Shown here piece by piece: positions 56,101 through 64,000 of a stretch of 64,000 bases of DNA; within the stretch, counting starts at the first letter, position 1, and every line of letters starts with the position of its first letter. The position numbers were made by a program, and so were the translations under genes. Location: positions 1 to 64,000 of IMG/VR virus record IMGVR_UViG_3300042296_000700. The stretch is one strand, 5' to 3'. This DNA comes from a virus. Under the pieces are notes generated by a model. It was not told the DNA's origin. It did no database searches and saw only the letters and a program-made list of their open reading frames with translations.

Positions 56101-56678
56101 TACTGGGCGACAGTACGGAAAGTAGGCAGAACCTAGTTAACTTGGCTAGAGATTCTGGTTCGGTAAGTCTTGGTGCGACGCAAGTTGCTGGATTGTCGGG
56201 GATTGACCAAAAGTCTGCAGAAAACCTGATGTTGAATCAGATTGCTACGGGTGGCATTGATGCAGCCATGATGCAGCAAGAGTTGGTGAAGAGTTATGCT
56301 TTGACTGCAGCAGGTGAAAAGGGCGGTATATCTCAGCAAGATTTCTTGACAGGTTTGAGTGGTGGAATTGAGCAACTCACGGCAATGACTAATAAGGCGA
56401 TGGAATTGCAATCGTATAGTGACCCGACTTATGGGGGTGGCGGAGTTTTGATGAACGCACCTGTTGCTCCTGGCTCTTTATCAACTGGTACTGACGTGCT
56501 TAAACCGACTACGGCTACACAGACGATTACTGTTGGGGAAACGAAGGTTCAGGTTAGTGGCATTATGAGTCCGAGTGAAGCGCAACTGATTGCTAACGCG
56601 ATTATGAAGACGCAAACTGGCCTTTGGGAACGCATACGCTCTGGCACTCTTATTGGCAAACCGTTGCCAGTGGAATAA
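53187..56678 (+). CDS. tape measure protein
   Basis: 1163 aa, helical, Ala/Gly-rich with hydrophobic segments; position after the TAC. Confidence 0.9.
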   Translation: MAEQVTIKINVKADTAAIERLRAQLKSLCREADDCSDTFDKYSKGLNTTSTSQKKLTNTTDDNSSAIKRLSGATRGAGNDNRKFGKSMGMLSKVGKFFGNMLMGVAKLGFKYLAIEAALAAAVIASSVVWFKVASASAKGYQMAVAGAGYALTVFAAAGSAFLAAQEQFASVQFAPMFTEGLVNTSDKFEAANLAMKSFVNDSQLAVFGTKALSGAFAEMAKNLDGQKLGQATGALRQMGNVAAGMGGDIGKNFGDVSKFVTSFMKEGKLTDKVKTQGEELSPIFKKVMEEQVKAGNTTYEKFMATVGDNETFKEAYGGQLDALNDTVVGRFKSAITEIKKSFTSMGAPMLGPLTKAIGKIKNLILAMLIRVRGSVEEVGSGSLLNGLIKGVEKLTLLMGRMMTSDMAQAGGAVDKIKNGWKSVLRVFEKISDYLRPLQESARVLFAALQPILGALFGNLDNTIQGLSKSLIDNKDKFIQFTTGIANFIKQVGAFGMVIKDIFISAMPFLSIMLSTFTLIFKAVTNLVDAIMDLSGPLDVIAGPMLAIAGIAGVMGGKALFKGAGGATGLLGKGMQKAGGGGALSKIGGAVATNAATMTVNAGVVNVLGGAAGAAASSAADLATGGGKAGKGGMLSRVKGFLKGPGKLAKIGKVAGPAALLAAGAYGAHKIGDFAGSKFKDNSIKSKAGGALTGAAGGAAIGAAVGSVVPVVGTAMGAVVGGIIGGVSGWFSAGKNKTKAQKAAKNMVESYTSAVDEAFADGDVDALLELKDGMLAQIAESAAGDIEVYNAEIAKLQPELDKINNRIEKFSSNAEQMAKWLGIDGDKMNELTEKFGFQFQTRFVSIFEVIGRAGEELGTDLATFFKDVIDEMNQKQNAGILDLMDQPAKIAALGKEVDASQAAYMSGDNTDEAKDKLIKDQYAYALEQTGGDAMKALALTQDMFKQGDLAGGAYEGKGQALLDRMGAGGMGLLGDSTESRQNLVNLARDSGSVSLGATQVAGLSGIDQKSAENLMLNQIATGGIDAAMMQQELVKSYALTAAGEKGGISQQDFLTGLSGGIEQLTAMTNKAMELQSYSDPTYGGGGVLMNAPVAPGSLSTGTDVLKPTTATQTITVGETKVQVSGIMSPSEAQLIANAIMKTQTGLWERIRSGTLIGKPLPVE

Positions 56679-56686
56679 GGAATATA

Positions 56687-57487
56687 ATGGCTTATCAAAT
56701 TGACAACACAAGAAATGCCACGCGCACTATTGGTACAACGGCAAGAGCAAAACTTGGTACAAAAGTCGTCAAAATTCAGCGCAGCAACATTTCTAAAGCG
56801 ATAAATCTTGACGAAAATAGAACTACTGCTTTCATGCGATTATTGCCAATTCAGGGCGAAGACACGATTTACGAATTTCATTTCCCGTTTTCTCCTATCA
56901 ATATTTCTTATGATGGTTTATCAAACGAAATAGCAGAGATTGACAGACCTGGTGCAACTTCAATTCTTGCTTTCAAAAAACATCAATTGATGAAAGTTTC
57001 TTTTGATTTCGTTGTTGCTGTACCATATGACGGAATAACCACTTCAATTGACTCAGACTTGTTTCTTTTGCGTACGATGGCTGAGCATACGACTCGTCCT
57101 GTCCGTGTTTTTAATCTTGACCAAATGTTTGAGCGCACGGCGCGGCGTAGGTATCAACCCGCAAATACTCGGCATAGGTCATATCAGACGAAATTTCGTA
57201 TTGCCGAGTTAAACTTCACGAGTGTTAAAAGGAACATGGCGGGGAAAATTACTCAGGCTGACTGCAAGATTACATTGATTGAAGACGTGAACCCTAAAAT
57301 TGATGTCGCGCTCATCCCAAGGTTTGTGCCGCCACCAACAATTCCCAAAAAGACCACTAAGACACCCCCACCAGGTAGCAAGAAGGGTCATCCGAAGGCT
57401 TCCACTGGTACTGACGCTATGGCTAAATCAAACTTCCCATGGGTTGTTAAACCAGTAGTGCGAACTGTCGGCCCACGAGACCGTTAG
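56687..57487 (+). CDS. tail tube initiator / baseplate protein
   Basis: F.FPFSP..I.Y, EI.RPG, .ITL.E; AAGGA RBS before the ATG at 56687. Confidence 0.65.
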   Translation: MAYQIDNTRNATRTIGTTARAKLGTKVVKIQRSNISKAINLDENRTTAFMRLLPIQGEDTIYEFHFPFSPINISYDGLSNEIAEIDRPGATSILAFKKHQLMKVSFDFVVAVPYDGITTSIDSDLFLLRTMAEHTTRPVRVFNLDQMFERTARRRYQPANTRHRSYQTKFRIAELNFTSVKRNMAGKITQADCKITLIEDVNPKIDVALIPRFVPPPTIPKKTTKTPPPGSKKGHPKASTGTDAMAKSNFPWVVKPVVRTVGPRDR

Positions 57488-57497
57488 TGTGTGAAAA

Positions 57498-58775
57498 ATG
57501 ATTGATGCAACAATTTTTCGTCCTGTTGGCGCACCCCCACCAGGTTACCCTTACGCCCAAGCAATAAATTCATACGGCAATATAGACATGTTGAACCGCC
57601 CTAGAATTGTTAATGCGGACGGAAGTATTTCAACTGTTCGCAGTATAAGTATTTCGGAAAGTATTACTCGTGGTGACACAAAGTTTACGATTCAAGTATT
57701 GATTCCTACAGTTTTTAAAGATGGAGTCGTTTCTGACGCAGTTGCTATAAGCAGGTATAAAAAAAGCGGTGAGCATCTTGGGAAGTTTTCTACCGTAAAA
57801 GACGTTAATCGTTATTCCATTATGTTGCACGATATGGAAGAAGCAAGAATTAATGGCGAAGAATACGAACAAAAATTTTCTAGTCCTGACCAGACCGCCA
57901 TTTATGATGCGGTAACTTCATTCAAAGTGAATTATGCGTTGACTGCTGGCGCGGAAATATCTGTTGATTTTGCCGACTATCAAGGACAGATGTTCCTAAA
58001 TAACTATTTTCAGATTGGTACACAATACTTTTATCGCGAAGAACCCTTTCAGATGGCATCTGTTGAAGTCTCGCAAGGAGAAGGTGAATACTGGAATGTT
58101 ACGTGCAAACTGCGCACATGGCAACAGCAGCAGATGAAGGAAGATTTACATCCAGAAGTGTTGAAATCTGCTAACGGCTACGATTTTGCTAAAAAACTTG
58201 CTGACAAATATGGATTAAAATTTATTGGTGAAGAAGTTAAAGGTAAACAGCAGGAAATAAAAGTCAAAACTAAAAATAATAAAGAAAGTTCATGGGATGT
58301 ACTTCAGCGTAGTGCTGGAGATAATCAGTATTATGCGTTTATTGCGCAGGGTTCTTTGTTTTTTTGTAGTCCACTTTTCCTGTTGGGTCAATGGGGTATT
58401 GACGAAACGCCTGGTGTCAAAAAAAAGTTGATTCGGTACGTACCTCTCGTGTATCCGACACCAGAATCTGAAACACGTTTTCTTCTTATGGGGTTGCCTG
58501 AGATGCGTTCTTCGTTTGACTCTCCCAAAGAGGCTGAGGGTAGCGCGATGTTGTGGCGTGATAATGCAACACAACTTCGTGCTGGGATGACGGTGTATGT
58601 TAAGCAAATGGGTATTTATGACGGCGCATATATTATTAGTTCGGTTGATTATGCTGAAGGTCAGCCCGAGCCTGTTTCTATCAGTTTTGCTACTGTTACA
58701 AAATTGGCTGATGAGGATAAGAAAAAAGTTGATGAAAAAATTTCAGAAACTACCGTTATTAGTGGGGCGAAATAA
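57498..58775 (+). CDS. baseplate hub (gp27/late control D-like) with an extra N-terminal domain
   Basis: ESSWDVLQR, G..DG.Y.I.SV; N-terminal GNID..NRP.I.NADGSISTVRSISI...HLGKF domain. Confidence 0.7.
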   Translation: MIDATIFRPVGAPPPGYPYAQAINSYGNIDMLNRPRIVNADGSISTVRSISISESITRGDTKFTIQVLIPTVFKDGVVSDAVAISRYKKSGEHLGKFSTVKDVNRYSIMLHDMEEARINGEEYEQKFSSPDQTAIYDAVTSFKVNYALTAGAEISVDFADYQGQMFLNNYFQIGTQYFYREEPFQMASVEVSQGEGEYWNVTCKLRTWQQQQMKEDLHPEVLKSANGYDFAKKLADKYGLKFIGEEVKGKQQEIKVKTKNNKESSWDVLQRSAGDNQYYAFIAQGSLFFCSPLFLLGQWGIDETPGVKKKLIRYVPLVYPTPESETRFLLMGLPEMRSSFDSPKEAEGSAMLWRDNATQLRAGMTVYVKQMGIYDGAYIISSVDYAEGQPEPVSISFATVTKLADEDKKKVDEKISETTVISGAK

Positions 58776-58777
58776 TT

Positions 58778-59065
58778 ATGGCTTATGATTTTCTTAGTGA
58801 ACCGCAGTTTTATGGTGGTGGAGGAAGCGAGCCTCAGGCTGCTGGTCTTCATATTGGTATCGTAAAGACTGTTAGTTCAGCCACCAAATCTGTGATGGTT
58901 CTTGTCCCTACTATTAACGAATCTGACATGATTGGTCCTTGTCGTATTGTTGTGCCTTTGGTTTCTGGTGCGACAGTTGTTATGCCAGCAATCAACTCAA
59001 AAGTTGTTGTTGGATTTCTTGACGGTAGTTATGACCAGATGGTCTGTTTCGGGAAACTGCTTTAG
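58778..59065 (+). CDS. baseplate spike OB-fold protein (gpV/gp5-like)
   Basis: GIV, V.VP, P...S.V.VGF.DG. Confidence 0.7.
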   Translation: MAYDFLSEPQFYGGGGSEPQAAGLHIGIVKTVSSATKSVMVLVPTINESDMIGPCRIVVPLVSGATVVMPAINSKVVVGFLDGSYDQMVCFGKLL

Positions 59066-59103
59066 ATAATGAAAATACTTGATTGTTGTGAGAGAATTGA
59101 TTG

Positions 59104-59406
59104 ATGGACACACTATTACTACCCATGTCTTTTAGTTCTGGGCAAGCAAAAGTTCTAACTGACGGTACGGATGAGTATTACGCAACATTACTGTCAAGAC
59201 TTATGCAGATTGAACCAGGCGAATACCCGATTTCAATCTATTTTGGTGTCCCAGACCCCACATTTAGCAACATTAATCGTGCATCACTTGTAGAATTGGC
59301 TTCACAGTTTGTCCCTGAAATTGATATATCTTCTATTGAAAACACGATTGACGAAGATAATCCAGGCGAAGAAACTCTACTCATCTTCTTTGAGAGGGCA
59401 GAATGA
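59104..59406 (+). CDS. gp25-like baseplate wedge / sheath initiator
   Basis: PGEYP....FG..DP.F. Confidence 0.65.
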   Translation: MDTLLLPMSFSSGQAKVLTDGTDEYYATLLSRLMQIEPGEYPISIYFGVPDPTFSNINRASLVELASQFVPEIDISSIENTIDEDNPGEETLLIFFERAE

Positions 59407-60731
59407 CATCCCCAGATTTTAGACAATATATTGACTTAACCGTCTTTGACACAACACCACAAAAACTGTATGACGATTCCGTAACATACGCACAGACAGC
59501 AATGCCAGAGTTTGACCCACGTATTGGAACAATTGAAGACGCCCTATTGCAGTCAATGTCCTTCGTTGGTGCGGTTCTTGCCACTGGAATCAACAGGCTT
59601 CCAAACGGTTTAATGGAAGGCATTTTGCGTCTTGTTGGATTCACTCGGAACGAAGCAACATTCGCTACAGGTTCAGTACTAATAACAACAAGCATTAACA
59701 CTGGAGCAGTTATTCCTGCTGGCACCGTCGTTACATACGACGTGCTTGACGGGGACATTGTTACCTCTTATCCGTTCGCCACCGATACCGACTTAATCAT
59801 CCCATTAGGTTCAGACAGCGGAACGATTGCCGTTACCGCCACTACAGCAGGAAAGTATCCTTCACTTCTTTCAGGGCAAGCACTGACACTCGTGTCACAA
59901 GTTCAATATGTGTTGACTACAGCATTGACCGCCGACATAGCCGTTGGTACTGACACAGAAACACAAACAGCATACTTTAATCGTGCCTCACAATATCTTG
60001 CATCTTTAAATACGACTCTCGCCACAGCGTCACATATGACAAACTATATTAGTTCAAACTATACTTCTGTTCCAGTTTTTAAAGTCTATGATTTAATGAA
60101 CAGTTCAAACATGTTGTTTGCGACCGCAGACGCACCAGGCTATGTCACCGTTGCTGTCTGCAACACGGACGGTGCTGCTTTAACTACGGACGTCAAAAAT
60201 GAACTTGATGCAGACTTGGAAGACAAGTGTGTTGCTGGGTTGGTTATAGACGTTGTCAACATGCTGAATTTTGGTGTCACAGTAACCATTGCCATAGATG
60301 TTTTGGACGGCTTCACTCCAGCGACAGTTCAAGCAGACGTTGCCACAGTCATTGAGTCATACCTAAGTTATACGGGTTGGGATTTTAGCGAAACAATCAA
60401 CAAAAACATTTTAATTGCCAAAGTGTCTCAAGTTTCTGGCGTAAAATTTGTTTCATCTTTATCTATAAATACAACAAAAACAGCAGGTAGTTTTGTTACT
60501 GGAACTAGTTATACTATTGCTACTGCTGGTACCACAAACTTTACGTTAATTGGCGCAGCAAACAACACTGTTGGCACCGTTTTTACCGCAACTGGTCCTG
60601 GTGCTGGAACTGGCACGGCAACCGCCACTTTCACTACACCCGAAATAGTGAGCAGCGTGGCAACTGGCAACATCACAATTCTTCGCGCTGGCTTAATCCC
60701 AGTTGGAGACGCAGAAGTAACGGTTATCTGA
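59403..60731 (+). CDS. baseplate J-like protein
   Basis: IPAGT, GTD.ET...Y..R, PG.VTV, VSGV..V. Confidence 0.85.
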   Translation: MTSPDFRQYIDLTVFDTTPQKLYDDSVTYAQTAMPEFDPRIGTIEDALLQSMSFVGAVLATGINRLPNGLMEGILRLVGFTRNEATFATGSVLITTSINTGAVIPAGTVVTYDVLDGDIVTSYPFATDTDLIIPLGSDSGTIAVTATTAGKYPSLLSGQALTLVSQVQYVLTTALTADIAVGTDTETQTAYFNRASQYLASLNTTLATASHMTNYISSNYTSVPVFKVYDLMNSSNMLFATADAPGYVTVAVCNTDGAALTTDVKNELDADLEDKCVAGLVIDVVNMLNFGVTVTIAIDVLDGFTPATVQADVATVIESYLSYTGWDFSETINKNILIAKVSQVSGVKFVSSLSINTTKTAGSFVTGTSYTIATAGTTNFTLIGAANNTVGTVFTATGPGAGTGTATATFTTPEIVSSVATGNITILRAGLIPVGDAEVTVI

Positions 60732-60733
60732 CC

Positions 60734-61969
60734 GTGGGACTAACAGTTAATACCCTTGCATCGGATGATTCAAACTTTCTAGCCTTGACCGTACCTACAG
60801 CATGGACTGTAGTAAATGGTGCACTAGGAATTGACCTCAACGAATACAAGAATGTTGGCTCAGGTTCTTTAAAACTAACCCCAAGTAGTGCTTCTCCTGT
60901 AGTTAGGTTTAACTATGACTTGGCGTCACTCACGGCGATAACGACAGCAGATTTTATTGGCGACAGAGCAGAGTCGTACGTATGGATAAGGGCAACAAAG
61001 AACGTAACTATCACCCCAATGATAACTTTGACTCGCGTAATGGCTGGCACGCCACAAGCGGAGGACATAATCACTGATACGGGCAGTTCAGTAAACATCA
61101 CTTCTGGTGAATGGTATCTCGTACGCACTGACCCTTTTGATATCCCGCTATCTCCCGCGAACGCGCACTATAGGGTTACTTTGCAATATACATTTTCTTC
61201 CCCAGAGTACGCAACAACATTTATTTACATTAACAAGCCTACTATTTATAATCAACTGGCTTTTTTGCGTAACTTTTATGTTATGGATGTTTGGGATTTC
61301 TTGCCCCAAATTTTTATAGACAACGACCTTGAAACGCCACTACCCAGTTATCCGATGATTCGCCTAGCAGAAATTGGTATGTCGGCACATGGCATTCTCT
61401 ATGACCTCGCGCGCGGCTTTCAGTACAACGACATCTCAGAAGGCAAGGATGCGACAGACGCTGAAACATTGAGTCTGCTGGTTGAACCTGACAGAGTTCC
61501 ACGTGAATATATGCCTTGGCTCGCCCAGTTCACAGGAACAAAACTCCTCAACCCTGTCGCTGGTGGTACCCCGTGGGCTAACTTGCCAGCAGGATGGCAA
61601 GGTATTGACGCTATTGACGTAACAGTAGACGCAAACGACTCTGTTGCGTGGGGTGCTCTGCAAGGGTTTGCACCAGAAATTGCTGGTTTGGATGAGTTTT
61701 TCCAATGGCAAATTGAGACTGGATATTACGGTTACGCGGCGGGTTCTATTGCGGCTATTCGTGAGGCTACAAAACGTGTTCTTACTGACACCAAAACATG
61801 CACTATTACTAAACGTTATACGGGTTCACCGTGGAAAATATTGATTGAAACAAAACTTGCGGAGACTCCTGACGCGACGACAGTCGGGCAGTCCATAGAT
61901 GAGATGCTTCAATTAATGGAATTATCTCGCCCACTTGGTGTTTCTCTCACTCACGCCATAATCGCATAG
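60734..61969 (+). CDS. baseplate wedge (P2 gpI-like) with N-terminal carbohydrate-binding-like domain
   Basis: P...P..Y.PWLAQF.G, GS..AI, RP.GV. Confidence 0.7.
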   Translation: MGLTVNTLASDDSNFLALTVPTAWTVVNGALGIDLNEYKNVGSGSLKLTPSSASPVVRFNYDLASLTAITTADFIGDRAESYVWIRATKNVTITPMITLTRVMAGTPQAEDIITDTGSSVNITSGEWYLVRTDPFDIPLSPANAHYRVTLQYTFSSPEYATTFIYINKPTIYNQLAFLRNFYVMDVWDFLPQIFIDNDLETPLPSYPMIRLAEIGMSAHGILYDLARGFQYNDISEGKDATDAETLSLLVEPDRVPREYMPWLAQFTGTKLLNPVAGGTPWANLPAGWQGIDAIDVTVDANDSVAWGALQGFAPEIAGLDEFFQWQIETGYYGYAAGSIAAIREATKRVLTDTKTCTITKRYTGSPWKILIETKLAETPDATTVGQSIDEMLQLMELSRPLGVSLTHAIIA

Positions 61970-62013
61970 TTGTATAGTTGTATACTTAAAGAGTATCTGC
62001 TTAGGAGAATTGA

Positions 62014-63504
62014 ATGACAGCCATACAAACCGACCGTCTTGCACTCTATAAATGGGAAAGCAGCAACGACGAGTTCACCCGCGTGCAGATGAACGACACC
62101 CATGAATCATTAGAATTCTTGGCAGCCAAATTCAGCACTGGTGCAGGAGCGCCAACATCAAGCACCACCGCAGATACTAAAGCATTCTACTGGGATACAA
62201 CAAGTGGTTCCTTATATTTCCGTGGAATAGTGGTCGGTGGCGTTGCCCCAACGTGGACACAACTCTCTCACAGTTACGCCACAGCAACACAGATACAAAA
62301 TACTACGGCGACTGCTGGTAGTGGCGTAAGCCTTGCTCGCGCCAACCATGTTCACTCAGTTGAAACAGCAACAGCCGTTGACATCAACGCTGCTTCGGGT
62401 ACTGGTAGCGGCACTGCTCTTGCTCTGGCTAACCACACACACAAAATCCCACCACTATTTATTACCGATGCGATGATTTCTAATACTGCGGCTATCGCAT
62501 CAACAAAAATTAGTGGCGCTGTTGCTTCTGCCACATCGTGGGCGACTGCACGAACAATCAACTTGGCGGGAGATTTAACTGGTTCTGTTTCCATTAACGG
62601 AACTGCAGACGTCACGCTTACAGCAGTTGTTGTTGACGAAAGCCATGCTCACGCATCCCAATATCAGCCTGTTGACGCCGACTTGACGGCGCTTGCAGCA
62701 CTCGCCACTACAGGAATGGTTACGCGAACCGCAGCAAACACTTATGTTCCAAGAACAATAGTCGTTTCTGGTACTGGTTTAACTATCACAAACGCAGACG
62801 GTGTTAGCGGAAACCCGACTATTGCTATTGCTACTGCTACATTAGCAACAGCAAACACTCTTGTTTTGCGTGACGGTACTGGTAGTTTTACTGCAGGAAC
62901 CATCACTGCTGCTCTCGCTGGCAACGCAAACACTGCCACAAAATGGGCTGCGACGCGGACAATCACTCTTTCAACTGATGCCACTGGTTCGGTAACTTTT
63001 GATGGTTCCGCTAACGCCACTTTGGCTATAACGGTAACTAACGCTGCACAAGCAACAAAACTTACTACCGCCCGCACAATCAGTCTCGGCGGTGATGCCT
63101 CTGGTTCAGTGTCTTTTGACGGAAGCAGCGCAACGAACACCATTACTGCGACTGTCGCTACGGCTACTGCTCTGCGTACTGCTCGTACGTTTACTTTTAC
63201 TGGTGATGTTGCTACAACGAACGCTGGTACGACCGATGTTACTGCGTCGTTTGACGGTTCGGCTGCACCTACATTTAACCTTAAAATCAAGAACGACAGT
63301 CACACACACAATACTCAGCACTACACCGAAACAGAAATTAACAGCGCAAAGTTGTACCAATACGGAAATACAACATCTGGACAAGGTGTCGGACTTCCAT
63401 CCGATGCGGCACGCACAACACCACGAGTATATGTTCAGGCAACAGAACCGACATACCCTGCTGGTCAAGTAGCCGTAACTGGTGACATCTGGTTCCAAAT
63501 CTAA
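62014..63504 (+). CDS. tail fibre protein
   Basis: Four (A/T)xARTI.L.GD..GSV.FDGS repeats, ARA.H.H motifs, C-terminal GDIW. Confidence 0.85.
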   Translation: MTAIQTDRLALYKWESSNDEFTRVQMNDTHESLEFLAAKFSTGAGAPTSSTTADTKAFYWDTTSGSLYFRGIVVGGVAPTWTQLSHSYATATQIQNTTATAGSGVSLARANHVHSVETATAVDINAASGTGSGTALALANHTHKIPPLFITDAMISNTAAIASTKISGAVASATSWATARTINLAGDLTGSVSINGTADVTLTAVVVDESHAHASQYQPVDADLTALAALATTGMVTRTAANTYVPRTIVVSGTGLTITNADGVSGNPTIAIATATLATANTLVLRDGTGSFTAGTITAALAGNANTATKWAATRTITLSTDATGSVTFDGSANATLAITVTNAAQATKLTTARTISLGGDASGSVSFDGSSATNTITATVATATALRTARTFTFTGDVATTNAGTTDVTASFDGSAAPTFNLKIKNDSHTHNTQHYTETEINSAKLYQYGNTTSGQGVGLPSDAARTTPRVYVQATEPTYPAGQVAVTGDIWFQI

Positions 63505-63509
63505 TAGCC

Positions 63510-63704
63510 ATGGGAACTTCACGAGTATTTTTTGATGGTGAATGGAAGCACATTCTGAATGCCTATGCGTGGCATGACGGCTGGGTTCAGGTAAAAGCAC
63601 TCCGCGTCATGGGTGATAGTGGATGGGTTCAAATCCAATTTGAAAACTCAACTGCTATTGCACCAATTGAAGAATGGCGCACAATGTTGGCGATGGCGGC
63701 GTGA
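63510..63704 (+). CDS. small tail-fibre-associated protein
   Basis: Repeated xxGxW beta-hairpin motifs. Confidence 0.55.
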   Translation: MGTSRVFFDGEWKHILNAYAWHDGWVQVKALRVMGDSGWVQIQFENSTAIAPIEEWRTMLAMAA

Positions 63705-63706
63705 CA

Positions 63707-64000
63707 TGTCTGATTTACAAAAGATTGATATTCAACTTGATATTGCTTTAACTTTAAGGCTCGTGTTGGCATTGATGGGATTTATGGCTTTTTCACAAAA
63801 CAGCATGATTATTCCAGGGTTTTTTGCACTCGTCGCTGTCGGTTTTGTTCTTTTTCATATGCTTGTAGGTGTTTATGTTGAGCATAAGCACATGTATCTT
63901 GCCGCTATGTGTATGTGGGCTAGTGCGAGTGTCGCAACCGCTGTTCATGGAGAGGCGGTTTGGCTTACTGTTTTGTTTGCCTGTTTATATTTATACGAAA
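63707..64000 (+). CDS. membrane protein, partial
   Basis: ATG at 63707, several hydrophobic helices, runs off the window. Confidence 0.5.

Noticed and set aside
50457-61969. Stand-alone extracellular contractile injection system or tailocin
   Set aside because: Capsid, portal, terminase and replication genes are present, so this is a complete phage tail

Overview
This is a 64-kb fragment of a tailed dsDNA phage genome with a contractile (myovirus-type) tail and an HK97-fold head. A WhiB gene points to an actinobacterial host, and the moderate GC content suggests a low-GC freshwater-type lineage (inference). Layout: 1-15.2 kb (minus strand) holds tRNA-Pro and replication/accessory genes (CoA-transferase III, ParB, RuvC, HNH, primase-helicase, ThyX, WhiB, GNAT, HDAC-family deacetylase, CX5R phosphatase). 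15.4-19.6 kb (plus) holds class II RNR and a sulfotransferase. 19.6-42 kb (minus) is an unusually expanded head operon. 42-47.6 kb (plus) holds TerL, Rad52-like SSAP, an exonuclease and an IbrA/IbrB-like pair. 47.7-64 kb (plus) holds neck, tail, baseplate and fibre genes. The standout candidate system lies between the prohead protease and the major capsid gene: four large paralogous proteins share an N-terminal RCPxG...TD...C module but end in different modifying-enzyme domains (GNAT acetyltransferase, HipA/PI3K-like kinase, a catalytically eroded pseudokinase, and a DUF3626-like possible ADP-ribosyltransferase). Three of the four are followed by a small immunity-like ORF. Matching 'eraser' enzymes (deacetylase, phosphatase) sit elsewhere behind their own near-consensus sigma-70 promoters. 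I interpret this as a capsid-packaged polymorphic PTM-effector system; that is inference. All family assignments come from motif recognition by eye, not database searches.
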